Shown piece after piece: positions 17,581 to 28,815 of a stretch of 64,000 nucleotides of DNA (position 1 is the stretch's first letter; every line of letters starts with the position of its first letter). The notes under the pieces are model-generated. The model was not told the origin of the DNA. It searched no databases and worked only from the letters and a program-made list of their open reading frames with translations. Location: positions 11,143 to 75,142 of the forward strand of contig JAAXJR010000030.1 in NCBI GenBank assembly GCA_012269745.1, in the 5' to 3' direction. The stretch comes from Flavobacteriales bacterium. Lineage in GTDB: Bacteria; Bacteroidota; Bacteroidia; Flavobacteriales; Schleiferiaceae. Made by a program: the position numbers and the translations under genes.

Positions 17581-18276
17581 ATGAGACAGAATTACGCAGC
17601 CTATACCGCCAATGATCGCTTGGTTTGGAAAACACTCTATGCTCGTCAGCGCGAGAATTTAGAGGGAAAGGCGCATGAGCTCTATCTCGAGTGTTTGGAT
17701 CGATTAACCCCGGTAATGAATGAAGACCTCATCCCCAACTATGATGATTTAAATAAGGTCTTACTTGAGACTACCGGTTGGAGCATCCATGTAGTGAAAG
17801 GTTTGATTCCTGTAGAAGAGTTCTTCGAATTGTTAGCGCAAAAGAAATTCCCAGCATCTACTTGGCTGAGAACCATGGAGCAGCTCGATTATTTAGAGGA
17901 ACCTGATATGTTCCATGACATCTTTGGGCACGTTCCACTTCTTATGGACGAGAGATATGCCCAATTCATGCATGATTTCGGCAAGCATGGTGTAGCCAAT
18001 TTGAAGAAATCCCACATCATTCGCCAGCTTCAAAATCTGTACTGGTTCACCATCGAATTTGGTGTAGCCGAGCACCCTTCTAAAATCTACGGCGCAGGAA
18101 TAATAAGTTCATTTGGAGAGACGAACCATATCTATGATGAGAAGACCGATGTCCTGCCTTTTGAGTTAGACAAAGTACTGGGAAACAGCTTTATCAACAG
18201 CGAAATTCAAGGACATTATTACCGTATAGATGGACTCGAGGCTATGTACAACATTGCCTTTGAAAACATCGCTTAA
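17581..18276 (+). CDS. phhA: phenylalanine 4-monooxygenase (aromatic amino acid hydroxylase)
   Basis: PDMFHDIFGHVPLL (iron His pair), LYWFTIEFG and GAGIISSFGE are present. Confidence 0.85.
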   Translation: MRQNYAAYTANDRLVWKTLYARQRENLEGKAHELYLECLDRLTPVMNEDLIPNYDDLNKVLLETTGWSIHVVKGLIPVEEFFELLAQKKFPASTWLRTMEQLDYLEEPDMFHDIFGHVPLLMDERYAQFMHDFGKHGVANLKKSHIIRQLQNLYWFTIEFGVAEHPSKIYGAGIISSFGETNHIYDEKTDVLPFELDKVLGNSFINSEIQGHYYRIDGLEAMYNIAFENIA

Positions 18277-18881
18277 TCTCCGTGAAATAGCTTGTACTTC
18301 TTGACCGGTAGATTGTGACGAATACGCCATGCGTGGTAGGTACTCGGCGTGTCAGGTGTCCAGCGCGGCAAGAAAAATGCTATACCGAATCGGTCGAACT
18401 GACTAATATTAGCTAGAATAAGCATCATCGAAAGCACCCAGCTTGATTCCCCTATCCACCATAGAGCAGTGGTACCTAATAAAATTCCGATGCCCATAAG
18501 TTTCCCACTGTAGGCATGTGCAGCCAACTCTTTACCAAATTTCGCAAAGGACACTATGTAGGTGAGCGCTTCAAGAACGAGAGAAATTCGAATCCAACCA
18601 AGTTGAGGCTGAAATATGTCCGGACGCCAGTTCCATATGGCCACTCCAACTCCTAACCAAAAAATGAGGTCTGCAATACTATCCGCACGACGCATTTCTG
18701 GCGATGCGACTCCAAAATGACGAGCGATAATCCCATCGAGAATATCGCCTATGAGTGCATACCACAAAATAGCCACTACCCACCTACCTATAATGAGGTC
18801 TGGATTGAAAGAAAGATAAATAACGAAGGGTGCTAGTAGAACGCGACTGATGATCAGCCCCCATGGCAGCAGGTATTTCAT
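18273..18881 (-). CDS. CDP-alcohol phosphatidyltransferase family protein
   Basis: DILDGIIARHFGVASPEMRRADSIADLIF matches DGx2ARx8Gx3Dx3D. The protein is polytopic. Confidence 0.75.
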   Translation of the reverse strand: MKYLLPWGLIISRVLLAPFVIYLSFNPDLIIGRWVVAILWYALIGDILDGIIARHFGVASPEMRRADSIADLIFWLGVGVAIWNWRPDIFQPQLGWIRISLVLEALTYIVSFAKFGKELAAHAYSGKLMGIGILLGTTALWWIGESSWVLSMMLILANISQFDRFGIAFFLPRWTPDTPSTYHAWRIRHNLPVKKYKLFHGD

Positions 18882-18940
18882 TTTATGAAGATAAAAATTA
18901 CATTGTGAATTTGTAAATTGATTGCGCTAACACAACAACC

Positions 18941-19957
18941 ATGGGAAAATTTAGATACCTCTTTGTTTTCACCTTGCCGCTTCTTGCAATCATAAGCTTT
19001 CACTCGTACGGCCTATGGTCGTATTTACCCGTACTTGAAGCTTTCGTTTTAATACCGGTAATGGAACTTTTATATTCCCCTAAGACCGGTAATCTCAATG
19101 AGGAGCAGCGGACTAAAACCACTGCCGATGGCTTTTACATTTGGGCGCTTCGATTGACAGTTCCTTTTCAAATCATCTGTGGAATATATCTCTTGGTTCA
19201 AATCTCAATGCCGCTTGATACTGCAACGCTTGTTGGAAGAATTTTATCCTATGGCATCATGTGTGGTGTGATCGGCATTAATGTAGCTCACGAATTAGGT
19301 CATAAGACCAATAAAATAGATCAATTCCTAGCTAAAGTCTTACTGACCACATCCCTCTACACACACTTTTTCTTGGAGCACAATTTTGGCCATCATAAAA
19401 ATATCGGCACCCCTGAAGACCCCTCTACAGCGCGCCGAGGTGAGTGGGTATATACATTTTGGCTACGTTCCATTGTCTTTAGTTACTTAAGCGCTTGGAA
19501 AATTGGCATTCAGCGTAGTAAAAGAAATCTTCTCAAGAATGAGATGGTGTACTATACTTTAATCCAAGTGTTACTCATCGCAGTCATCTTTGAAAATTTC
19601 GGCAGCATAGGCTTGATCGGCTTTTTTGGCGCGAGCATCACAGGCTGGATTCTATTGGAAACTGTGCAGTACATAGAGCATTACGGCTTAGCCCGAGATA
19701 AAGTGAGCGAACTCCGTTATGAAAATGTTCGCCCAGCGCACAGTTGGAACAGCGATCATATGTGGGGACGCGCCATACTCTTTGAACTGAGTCGCCATAG
19801 CGATCATCACTATCTACCAAATAAAGAATACCCCCTACTCGACCATCACGACGAGAGCCCACAACTGCCTACAGGGTACCCGGGCATGATGATTCTGAGC
19901 CTAATTCCTCCTTTGTACATGCGTATTGTACACCCAAGAATACCGAAGGCCTCTTAA
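18941..19957 (+). CDS. alkane 1-monooxygenase / membrane fatty-acid desaturase family (AlkB-like)
   Basis: The histidine boxes HELGHK, EHNFGHHKN and LSRHSDHHY are present, along with N-terminal TM segments. Confidence 0.75.
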   Translation: MGKFRYLFVFTLPLLAIISFHSYGLWSYLPVLEAFVLIPVMELLYSPKTGNLNEEQRTKTTADGFYIWALRLTVPFQIICGIYLLVQISMPLDTATLVGRILSYGIMCGVIGINVAHELGHKTNKIDQFLAKVLLTTSLYTHFFLEHNFGHHKNIGTPEDPSTARRGEWVYTFWLRSIVFSYLSAWKIGIQRSKRNLLKNEMVYYTLIQVLLIAVIFENFGSIGLIGFFGASITGWILLETVQYIEHYGLARDKVSELRYENVRPAHSWNSDHMWGRAILFELSRHSDHHYLPNKEYPLLDHHDESPQLPTGYPGMMILSLIPPLYMRIVHPRIPKAS

Positions 19958-20004
19958 GTGAACAAAGAAGACTTTCATGTAGTTAAAGGATAAATCCTTT
20001 AGGC

Positions 20005-21255
20005 ATGAAAAAAATCACGATAGCTTTTCTTTCTGCAATCCTATTCTCAGGCTGTGAGATCTCTGGCCCAGCTACTTGCGGAGACGGCATACAAAACGGG
20101 AATGAGACAGGAATTGATTGTGGAGGTGATTGCCCACCATGTGCCTCTTACAGCATTGAAGGTCATGCCCAAAAGGGGCCGTTTTTAAACGGTAGTTCAG
20201 TCATAGTGACTTCGCTGGACACTTCTCTTAACCAAGTAGGGATCACCTACAACACTCAGATTATTGACAACAGCGGGTACTTCTTCGCTAATGGTCTCAA
20301 TTTAGCTTCGTCTTTCGTCACTCTCAGGGCTGATGGCTTCTATTTTAATGAAGTTTGTGGAGAACCGAGCAACGCTCAAATCACCCTGAATGCCATTACT
20401 GATTTGAATAATGTGCCTGCGGTGAATGTCAATACCCTGACACATCTGGAAAAAGCTCGTGTAGAATACCTTGTAGATAACGGTTCTTCTTTCGCTCAGG
20501 CCAAAAAACAAGCGCTGAAAGAAATCCTGTTCACCTTCAGCATTGACACCACTGGTGTTATGCCCTCTTCTGAAACATTGAGCATTGCAAATTCTGGAGC
20601 TGCAGACGGTATTCTAATTGCCATTACTTCAATACTTCAAGGATACAGAAGTGAAAGTGAATTCTCAGATTTAATGGCCAATTTTGTCACAGACCTTAGA
20701 ACAGACGGCACCCTTAATAGCTCTATTATCGCTTCACAGCTAATGGCACACGCCAAAGTTCTCGATACCAACGTCATTCGTCAAAACATCATTGATCGTT
20801 ACGCCAGTATGGGCATCACCGTCAATGTGCCAGCCTTTGGCGGACACCTTCAGAATTACATCGATAATAGCCCGCATACAGTAACGACAACGGTCGTTGA
20901 ATATCCAGAAGATGGTCCGAATGGAAAAAGCATCTTAAATACCACAGACAGCATTTACAACCAGTACCAGTACTATGGTTTAATGACCACACGGCCGAAC
21001 GATTGTGTAAGCCTTAAGTTAGTCATAGAAAGACAATTCTTTGGTTGCCAGTACGGGTGTTGGTTCTATTCTGTGAGTAGTGTACAAAACTGGAACATTA
21101 GCAGTTACGACCAAAGCACGAATAGTCAAACGTTCATAAGTACTGGCTTAGAAACCGACTTAGAGATGGGCTTCGAACCAGGATGGTATACAGCCAGCAT
21201 ATATCTAAATAATAGCCCGACTCCCTCGCGAGTAAAAGAATTTAGGGTCAACTAG
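20005..21255 (+). CDS. lipoprotein, unknown function
   Basis: It has a lipobox (LFSGC) and a Cys-rich module CGDGIQNGNETGIDCGGDCPPC. The last 42 codons are duplicated at 23050-23176. Confidence 0.7.
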   Translation: MKKITIAFLSAILFSGCEISGPATCGDGIQNGNETGIDCGGDCPPCASYSIEGHAQKGPFLNGSSVIVTSLDTSLNQVGITYNTQIIDNSGYFFANGLNLASSFVTLRADGFYFNEVCGEPSNAQITLNAITDLNNVPAVNVNTLTHLEKARVEYLVDNGSSFAQAKKQALKEILFTFSIDTTGVMPSSETLSIANSGAADGILIAITSILQGYRSESEFSDLMANFVTDLRTDGTLNSSIIASQLMAHAKVLDTNVIRQNIIDRYASMGITVNVPAFGGHLQNYIDNSPHTVTTTVVEYPEDGPNGKSILNTTDSIYNQYQYYGLMTTRPNDCVSLKLVIERQFFGCQYGCWFYSVSSVQNWNISSYDQSTNSQTFISTGLETDLEMGFEPGWYTASIYLNNSPTPSRVKEFRVN

Positions 21256-21381
21256 TCTTCTGTGGCGCCTTGGCTTAAAATGCTTTCAACAGTAAAAGAC
21301 AGCCTCAACATAACAGTTGAAATAACGAATTCCTGATTATGACCGGGAAGTTATCGGTAAATGGGAGGGAAAGTAACAACT
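21256..21381 (-). pseudogene. decayed 3' remnant of a paralog/allele of the membrane protein gene 23169-24041
   Basis: The minus-strand translation LLLSLPFTDNFPVIIRNS matches LLLSLLYTDNFPVIIRNS of the intact gene. A 7-nt deletion then shifts the frame and stops appear, and a further roughly 60-nt deletion lies near the original 3' end. Confidence 0.7.
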
Positions 21382-21475
21382 AAACCTTTTTCGTTTTTAA
21401 TCAAATAGCTTGCTTTCCTTTACTCATAGTTGACAACATCTTTGTTTCGATTTTGAATATTCTAATTTTTATAAA

Positions 21476-22657
21476 ATGCAAGTTTTTGAAAAAAAGAAAG
21501 CTATTACTTTATTGCTATTGAGCAGCATAGTTTTCGTGACTGATATCCTATTTACTCCAAATGACACTTGGTGGCTCTGGATCGATAAGGTGTCCTGTTT
21601 GATTACTGCGGTAATAGCCATGATGGCATTAGCTAGACATAAGCTTTTCGAGCCTAGACTTTATGTTCTACCATTCTTTGGACTCATTTTCTACGCTTTA
21701 GTCTACACTATTTATTCGCCGGGTTATTCATTTTATATGTTAACACAATTAGCATCGGCTTATGTATTGATTTTAAATGTGTTCAACCTTAATAAAACCA
21801 ATGTAACAGCACTGGTCTCTACTTTTGGTATTCTCATGTTAATTAATGCCTACTACCAGGGGGAAACACTTGAGTATTATCAGACAAATCGCCAAACATA
21901 TATCATCGCAAACCTGATAACCATTGGAGTATTTATTTTAGCAGGAACTTTCGCCTTAACCCTTACTCTTCGTCTATTTTCAATTATTTCTGATGAAAAA
22001 GAAAAGGCTAATTCGAGATTGAGTTTTCAAAATGATCTTTTCAGTATCATCGCGCACAACTTTAGAACTCCGTTAGCTAATATCTATTCTAGGATTGAAA
22101 TAAGTGACCTAAAAAACGAAGCCATTCAAGCGAATGAAATTCGGCCTAGTGTCGAGCAGCTCAAATTCATTACTGAAAATATTATCGACCAGCATCGTGC
22201 CATTCAATCCAATGAACTACACTCATTAGCCACAATATGCAGCAATCTGGCAAAACAGTTCAAACCAGCCCTTCGAATTAATAAAAAGCTCAATGGCGAT
22301 GTTAAAGTGAATTACGCTTTGCAGTTAGCCCTTGAGAATTTCATTTCTAACCCCGTTAATATAGGGTCAACTGTTTTACTACAGATCGAGCAGTTCCACA
22401 AGGACGTAACTTTTAGAATCATTGATAAGGCGGGTGGATTTACACATGAAAAGTTATTTAGTCTCGGGGCTCCGTTAACAAGCAATACAGGGCTTGGAAT
22501 TGGCATTTACTTATCACTTGAAAACCTAAAGTATCTCGGCTATCACTGTTTTGTAGGTAGTACCCCAGATGAGGGCAGTGAAATCATCATTTCGACTCGT
22601 CCCTGTCAAACGATGAAATCGTACGAATTAAACAGGGATTTGATTCATTACGATTAA
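21476..22657 (+). CDS. polytopic sensor histidine kinase-like protein (paralog of 33744-34937)
   Basis: It has about 5-6 N-terminal TM segments, the H-box FQNDLFSIIAHNFRTPL, an N-box-like LENFISNP, G1-like IIDKAGGF and G2 GLGIGIYL. It is AT-rich. Confidence 0.7.
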   Translation: MQVFEKKKAITLLLLSSIVFVTDILFTPNDTWWLWIDKVSCLITAVIAMMALARHKLFEPRLYVLPFFGLIFYALVYTIYSPGYSFYMLTQLASAYVLILNVFNLNKTNVTALVSTFGILMLINAYYQGETLEYYQTNRQTYIIANLITIGVFILAGTFALTLTLRLFSIISDEKEKANSRLSFQNDLFSIIAHNFRTPLANIYSRIEISDLKNEAIQANEIRPSVEQLKFITENIIDQHRAIQSNELHSLATICSNLAKQFKPALRINKKLNGDVKVNYALQLALENFISNPVNIGSTVLLQIEQFHKDVTFRIIDKAGGFTHEKLFSLGAPLTSNTGLGIGIYLSLENLKYLGYHCFVGSTPDEGSEIIISTRPCQTMKSYELNRDLIHYD

Positions 22658-22719
22658 CTGAATTCTTTCTCATTACGACCTTATCATTCCTAAGCACTAA
22701 ACTACCTATGCAGCGCTAA

Positions 22720-23047
<328 letters not shown>

Positions 23048-23052
<5 letters not shown>

Positions 23053-23176
23053 GTTCATTAGTACCGGCCTAGAGACCGACTTAGAGATGGGCTTCGAACC
23101 AAGATGGTATACAGCGAGCATTTATTTAAACGATAGCCCTACTCCATCACGGGTAAAAGAATTCAGGGTCAACTAA
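23048..23176 (+). pseudogene. orphan copy of the last 42 codons plus stop of the lipoprotein gene 20005-21255
   Basis: TFISTGLETDLEMGFEPRWYTASIYLNDSPTPSRVKEFRVN* compares with ..EPGWYTASIYLNNSP.. at 21130-21255. It has no upstream coding part and is fused to the ABC-F fragment. Confidence 0.85.
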
Positions 23177-24041
23177 TCTTGTGAAGTGCCTTGAACTTAT
23201 TGTGAATTAAGAGCATTAGGACACCAAACGAAACGCCGAGGATAATCAACCCTTGGCTCAGAAGTCCTTCAGCCGTAAAGGAAAGCTTCAACAGAACGGT
23301 TGAAATCACAAATGACGAGTTCCTAATTATAACCGGGAAGTTGTCTGTATACAGTAGAGAAAGCAATAAGATGATCACGTCTGAGATAATCAAGAAGTTG
23401 TAGAACTCTTCGAAGAATATCGCATTGATCTCAATCATGTTGGCCTGTTCAATGTGGTTGAAGGTTGGAATGACCCATTCCACGAAGCTTTGTATTCCCA
23501 AGATGATAAAAAGGAAGAATAGCCCAATACTCAAGTAGTGCTTCGACTTAACAAAGCGTTTAATGTTTTCTCCAAGCTCCTTTTGTTCCTGTTCCTCGAA
23601 TGCATCATAGCGCAATGAACCACTGAGTTTATAAAAGGAATAAATCAAAAAGAACAACAACATCACACTGAATAGATCTACATACAGATGGACATTGTGG
23701 TCACTGAGCCAAAATTCAGATTTCAAATCAAGCGCTGCCATGTCCTTGAACAATCCCCGAATCAAAATCAGCGCGATAACCTCGTATTGCTTGGCAATGT
23801 AAAGGGTGGTACTCCTTCTCAAATAGTAGATCATCAGATACGCCTCATAAACCAACAAAATGGAGAACGGGGTGTAGATGGCGCTAATCGGATCCTTCAA
23901 TAAAGAAGCATTTATTCCTCCTGGAATGTAGTCGCGGAGCAAGTGTAAAATCAGGTGGACGATGAAACTTAAGATGGCAGCATAGAGCATCCACCGACCG
24001 AGTGACTTTCTAAATGCATAAGTAAAAACAGGTAGATGCAT
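23169..24041 (-). CDS. polytopic membrane protein, unknown function (290 aa)
   Basis: The ORF has at least 6 hydrophobic segments and no recognised motif. Confidence 0.65.
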   Translation of the reverse strand: MHLPVFTYAFRKSLGRWMLYAAILSFIVHLILHLLRDYIPGGINASLLKDPISAIYTPFSILLVYEAYLMIYYLRRSTTLYIAKQYEVIALILIRGLFKDMAALDLKSEFWLSDHNVHLYVDLFSVMLLFFLIYSFYKLSGSLRYDAFEEQEQKELGENIKRFVKSKHYLSIGLFFLFIILGIQSFVEWVIPTFNHIEQANMIEINAIFFEEFYNFLIISDVIILLLSLLYTDNFPVIIRNSSFVISTVLLKLSFTAEGLLSQGLIILGVSFGVLMLLIHNKFKALHKIS

Positions 24042-24173
24042 ATCTTGATTCTATTCATAATCAACAAGTTATATATGGTTTAGTTCAAGAGGAGTCCTGG
24101 TGGTTTTTTACACCTACCCTAAAGAATAAGCAAGCAAGTATAGCTACCTTTGCCGCGCATAAAATGCCGAATC

Positions 24174-25796
24174 ATGCTAAATGTATCTAACGTCACGCTT
24201 CAATTTGGGAAGCGCGTTCTTTTCGAAGATGTAAATATCAAGTTCCATGGTGAACGTTGCTATGGTCTCATTGGCGCCAATGGAGCCGGTAAATCGACTT
24301 TCTTAAAAATCCTCAGTGGGGAGGTTAGCCCTAATTCAGGAAACGTAAGTCTTGAGAACGGCAAGAGAATGTCGGTGCTCTCTCAGAATCACTTTGCTTT
24401 TGATGAAGAGACCGTACTGAATACGGTGATCCAAGGGAACCAGCCTCTGTGGGATCTGATGCAAAAGAAGGATGCCATTTATATGAAGCCAGACTTCAAT
24501 GAAGAAGACGGTCTAATCGCTGCTGATCTCGAAGTTCAATTCGAGGAAATGGACGGTTGGAATGCAGAAAGTGATGCTGGAAACTTGCTGAGCGGCTTAG
24601 GGATCTCTACTGATGATCATTACACCCTAATGAAGGATATGGAAGGCTCTGCAAAAGTTCGTGTGCTCCTTGCACAAGCCCTTTTCGGCAACCCAGACTT
24701 GTTGATTCTTGATGAGCCTACCAATGATTTGGACCTTAAGACCATTTCATGGTTGGAGGATTTCTTGATCGATTTTAAAAACACCGTAATCGTTGTGAGT
24801 CACGACCGTCACTTCCTAGACACAGTTTGTACGCACATCGCGGATATTGACTTCAAGCGAATCAAACTCTACACCGGTAACTACAGCTTCTGGTACGAAA
24901 GCTCACAATTGGCCCTTCGCCAGCGTCAAGCAGCGAACAAAAAGGCTGAAGACAAGCGTAAGGAACTTCAGGAGTTTATTTCGCGCTTTGCAGCCAATGC
25001 CTCAAAGAGCAAACAGGCTACTTCAAGAAAGAAAATGCTGGATAAAATCAACGTCGATGAAATTCAAGCCTCTTCTAGAATGTACCCTGCCATCATTTTC
25101 GACCAAGAACGTGATGCCGGTGACCAAATTCTTGAAATAGACAACCTAGCCGCTCACGACGAGCAAGGAAATGTCTTGTTCCAGAACCTTAGCTTCAAGC
25201 TGAACCGTGGCGATAAGGTGGCTCTTCTTTGCGATGACCATAGAATATTGACTGCCCTTTACGAGATTTTGGCCGGTAATCAACAGCCTAGCGCAGGTAC
25301 GTTCGCTTTTGGACAGACCATCAAGCATGCCTACCTTCCTAACGAGAATGCCGAATTCTTCAACACAGAGGACAACCTCATGGACTGGCTCAGGGAATAC
25401 AGTCCTGAGAACAAGGATGAAGTATTTGTACGCGGATTCTTAGGTAAAATGCTCTTCTCTGGTGAAGAGGTTTTCAAAAGCGCCAGTGTTCTCTCGGGAG
25501 GTGAAAAAGTACGTTGTATGCTCAGCAGAATGATGTTACAACAAGCCAACCTTTTGTTCTTTGACGAGCCAACAAACCACTTGGATCTTGAAAGTATCCA
25601 AGCATTGAATAATGGAATGAAAGATTTCAAAGGGACCTTGGTATTCAGCTCGCATGACCATACTATTAACCAAACTGTGGCCAATAGAATTATTGAAATC
25701 TTCCCACACGGTGTGATGGATAAAATGGTGGAGTACGATGACTATATATCAGATGCTAAAATCACAGCTCAACGTGCCCAAATGCTTGGCGCTTAA
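24174..25796 (+). CDS. ABC-F family ATPase (two ABC domains, no TM domain)
   Basis: It has two Walker A/signature/Walker B sets: GANGAGKST .. LLILDEPTNDLD, and LSGGEKVRCML .. LLFFDEPTNHLD. The linker between them is charged. The start is ATG 24174 (MLNVSN). Confidence 0.9.
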   Translation: MLNVSNVTLQFGKRVLFEDVNIKFHGERCYGLIGANGAGKSTFLKILSGEVSPNSGNVSLENGKRMSVLSQNHFAFDEETVLNTVIQGNQPLWDLMQKKDAIYMKPDFNEEDGLIAADLEVQFEEMDGWNAESDAGNLLSGLGISTDDHYTLMKDMEGSAKVRVLLAQALFGNPDLLILDEPTNDLDLKTISWLEDFLIDFKNTVIVVSHDRHFLDTVCTHIADIDFKRIKLYTGNYSFWYESSQLALRQRQAANKKAEDKRKELQEFISRFAANASKSKQATSRKKMLDKINVDEIQASSRMYPAIIFDQERDAGDQILEIDNLAAHDEQGNVLFQNLSFKLNRGDKVALLCDDHRILTALYEILAGNQQPSAGTFAFGQTIKHAYLPNENAEFFNTEDNLMDWLREYSPENKDEVFVRGFLGKMLFSGEEVFKSASVLSGGEKVRCMLSRMMLQQANLLFFDEPTNHLDLESIQALNNGMKDFKGTLVFSSHDHTINQTVANRIIEIFPHGVMDKMVEYDDYISDAKITAQRAQMLGA

Positions 25797-25820
25797 GTAA
25801 GATTTTTTCACTAGCTATCA

Positions 25821-25847
25821 ATGCGGCCAATGGCCGCATTTTTTTTT
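25821..25847 (+). terminator. rho-independent terminator
   Basis: The palindrome ATGCGGCCA-a-TGGCCGCAT is followed by T8. Confidence 0.8.
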
Positions 25848-25875
25848 ACCTTCTCGCCGCGAAAACACATTATAC

Positions 25876-27114
25876 ATGAAAAGAGCACATTTACTTTTAG
25901 CCGCATCATTGATGGCTACGGCTTCATTTGGTCAAAGAATGAAGAAAGAGAAACTAACTGTTAAATACATCCAACCCCCAACTATTCATTTAGAGCAAGG
26001 CATGGGCTACCACAGTGAGGTGATCTTAGACTACAAAGCCGAGATTGATGCAGAATTGGCCGCAGCTGAAGAAGAGTACCAACAAGCATTAGCTGAATAC
26101 CCAGAGAAAGAGGCGGCTGCAAAGGCGGCTCACGATGAATTAGTCGCAAATTATGAGCGCGCTCTAGAGGAATGGAACAATAAGAGCTCGGTTGGGAAAA
26201 TCATAGAGAAGCAAGTGCTTGAAAATTCTAAACCTCAACCTCCTCGTCCTTACTACCCACCTGGCAAACCATATAAGAGACAGGTGACTCACCAAAAACT
26301 TTTCAATGAAAGTCAATTGGCTAGTACCTATTGCCGTGTGGAGGGCATGCAGGAAGATGCGAATGGCGTGGGTATTGAAGTACACCTTTTTGGGTTTGAG
26401 AACGACGATCCAGTTGCTGAGAAGAAGGAATTTAAGGAGTACAACAGCAAGACAAAACAAAGTACTACCATTATCAAATCTCAATGGGTCTTTAACTACC
26501 GCCATAGTATGTCACTGCGCGTAGTGCATCCAAACGGCACCATTATACTTGATGAAGTCCCGAATAGTATTTCAGATTACAAGAGGTTTGAGAGCCCGCT
26601 AGAGAAACGCAGCTACCCTAGCACTAGTGCTCAAACATTCATTGATAAACTTCAAGGAACTGCCGTAGAAGATAATCTTGGTACTATCCAATGGTTGATC
26701 AACGACAAGCTAGGAACTACAGAGCAAGCACGCGACGCAGATGTTATTTATGTAAATAACAAGAAAGGTGGTTATGACGACCTTGAAAATGCCATGTACG
26801 ACGCTAAGGAAGGGTACGGAATGCTACTCTCTCGTCCTGACGAAGCAAGAGCGAAACTCGTGAGTGCTATTGAGGCATGGGAAGCAGCTATCGAAGAAGG
26901 CGATTGGGACGACAAAAAAGCGCGTATCAACAAAAAGGTCATTCCTGATTTGTACAACAACGTTATGCTAGCATGCACGCTAGTAGGTGAATATGATCGC
27001 GCTGACGATCACTATAGCGCCTCATTGCGCTTGGATCTAGCGAATAGAGACGAGAACAATTTAAAAGAGCTCAAACTCTTAAACGACGACCTAAGAGCGC
27101 GTTACCAGAAGTAA
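25876..27114 (+). CDS. secreted hypothetical protein (412 aa)
   Basis: It has a signal peptide (LLLAASLMATASFGQ) and a coiled-coil-like A/E-rich segment. I recognise no motif. Confidence 0.6.
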   Translation: MKRAHLLLAASLMATASFGQRMKKEKLTVKYIQPPTIHLEQGMGYHSEVILDYKAEIDAELAAAEEEYQQALAEYPEKEAAAKAAHDELVANYERALEEWNNKSSVGKIIEKQVLENSKPQPPRPYYPPGKPYKRQVTHQKLFNESQLASTYCRVEGMQEDANGVGIEVHLFGFENDDPVAEKKEFKEYNSKTKQSTTIIKSQWVFNYRHSMSLRVVHPNGTIILDEVPNSISDYKRFESPLEKRSYPSTSAQTFIDKLQGTAVEDNLGTIQWLINDKLGTTEQARDADVIYVNNKKGGYDDLENAMYDAKEGYGMLLSRPDEARAKLVSAIEAWEAAIEEGDWDDKKARINKKVIPDLYNNVMLACTLVGEYDRADDHYSASLRLDLANRDENNLKELKLLNDDLRARYQK

Positions 27115-27134
27115 TTCTCTGATATAATTCTTTG

Positions 27135-27167
27135 AAAGCCATCCTCTTCAGGGTGGCTTTTTGTTTT
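27135..27167 (+). terminator. rho-independent terminator
   Basis: The hairpin AGCCATCC-tcttca-GGGTGGCT is followed by TTTTTGTTTTT. Confidence 0.75.
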
Positions 27168-27207
27168 TCAAACCCCTACTTTTGCCGCTTCAAACACTCT
27201 CGCACTT

Positions 27208-28815
27208 ATGAAGCAGTTCTTCAACAATTTCGTTGGCAATCCAAAAAATGACATCCTTTCAGGCATCACGGTTGCCCTAGCACTTGTACCAGAGGCAGTG
27301 GCTTTTGCATTCGTGGCAGGAATCGATCCGCTCGTAGGTCTTTACGGTGCCTTCATGATGGGATTGATCACTTCACTTTTTGGAGGTCGTCCTGGGATGA
27401 TTTCTGGAGCCACAGGTGCTATGGCTGTAGTAATGGTCCACCTTATTCAGAAAGGGAATGAAGTCGGGGCTGGTCTGGCCATGGATAATCTGGGCCTAAG
27501 CTGGCTATTCATCACACTTTTGATTGTAGGCTGCATCCAAATTCTTGCGGGATTATTCAAACTAGGAAAATTTGTGCGCCTGATCCCTCACCCAGTAATG
27601 ATGGGTTTTGTCAATGGTTTGGCTATTGTCATCTTCCTGAGCCAATTAGGCATGTTCACTCGCGTTGTTGATGGTCAGAAAGTGTGGATTCAAGGTAGTG
27701 AGCTCTACACCATGATGGGGCTTGTTGGATTGACTATGGCTATTATGTGGCTTCTTCCGAAGCTAACGAAAGTTGTGCCGGCCGCACTTACCGGTATCAT
27801 AGTGGTTGCTGCCATAGCTATTGGAGCAGGGCTTGATGTAAGTACCGTAGGCTCTTTCATACGCGAAGGCGGCGGCGACGGACTGCAAGCTGGCTTACCC
27901 ACTTTACAGCTTGAAATATTTAATGTTCTTGATACCATTCAAGGACATTGGGGCACCGTGTTTTCTACAGCATTTCTTCTTGCCGCAGTAGGACTTATTG
28001 AATCGTTAATGACACTAAACCTCGTTGACGATCTAACAGAGACCAGAGGTTCTGGCAACCGAGAGTGTATCGCTCAAGGGAGCGCCAACCTTATTAATGG
28101 ACTCTTCGGTGGTATGGGCGGTTGTGCGATGATCGGCCAAAGTATCATCAATGTAAATTCTGGTGGTAGAGGCCGCCTTTCAGGTGTTGTTGCCGCCCTC
28201 GGTCTTCTATCCTTCATCCTCTTTGGCGCACCACTTATTGAGCAAATCCCTATAGCCGCATTGGTTGGGGTGATGTTCATGGTAGTCATTGGAACGTTTG
28301 CTTGGTCGAGCTTTAGAATTATTGGAAAGATTCCTGTAGCCGACGCTTTTGTACTCATCGCTGTGAGTGCCATTACCGTATGGCAAGATTTAGCCATAGC
28401 AGTGATTGCCGGTGTTATCATGAGCGCCCTGAAATTTGCTTGGGATAACGCAGTACGCATCCGTGCTAGAAAGCGTATCAAAGAAGATGGCACCAAGGTC
28501 TATGAAATTTGGGGGCCGTTATTCTTCGGTTCGACGCAAAGCTTTGCTGGAAAGTTTGACATTAAAAACGATCCTACTAAAATTGAAATTGATTTCATCG
28601 AATCTCGCGTAAGCGACCATAGTGGTATCGAAGCTTTAGAACGCATTATGGATAAATATATCGACGAAGGAAAAGAGGTGATTCTTACTCACTTAAGTCC
28701 TGAATGTCAGACTATCCTTAAGAAAGCTAATCCGAATTTCAGCAAATACATTCAAAGCTCTATTGAAGATCCCCGTTACCACGTCGTAACTGATCTAATG
28801 GACGCCGAGGCTTAG
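27208..28815 (+). CDS. SulP family anion transporter with C-terminal STAS domain
   Basis: It has the typical N-terminus (DILSGITVALALVPEAVAFA), many TM segments, and a C-terminal STAS-like region (YEIWGPLFFGS...). Confidence 0.85.
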   Translation: MKQFFNNFVGNPKNDILSGITVALALVPEAVAFAFVAGIDPLVGLYGAFMMGLITSLFGGRPGMISGATGAMAVVMVHLIQKGNEVGAGLAMDNLGLSWLFITLLIVGCIQILAGLFKLGKFVRLIPHPVMMGFVNGLAIVIFLSQLGMFTRVVDGQKVWIQGSELYTMMGLVGLTMAIMWLLPKLTKVVPAALTGIIVVAAIAIGAGLDVSTVGSFIREGGGDGLQAGLPTLQLEIFNVLDTIQGHWGTVFSTAFLLAAVGLIESLMTLNLVDDLTETRGSGNRECIAQGSANLINGLFGGMGGCAMIGQSIINVNSGGRGRLSGVVAALGLLSFILFGAPLIEQIPIAALVGVMFMVVIGTFAWSSFRIIGKIPVADAFVLIAVSAITVWQDLAIAVIAGVIMSALKFAWDNAVRIRARKRIKEDGTKVYEIWGPLFFGSTQSFAGKFDIKNDPTKIEIDFIESRVSDHSGIEALERIMDKYIDEGKEVILTHLSPECQTILKKANPNFSKYIQSSIEDPRYHVVTDLMDAEA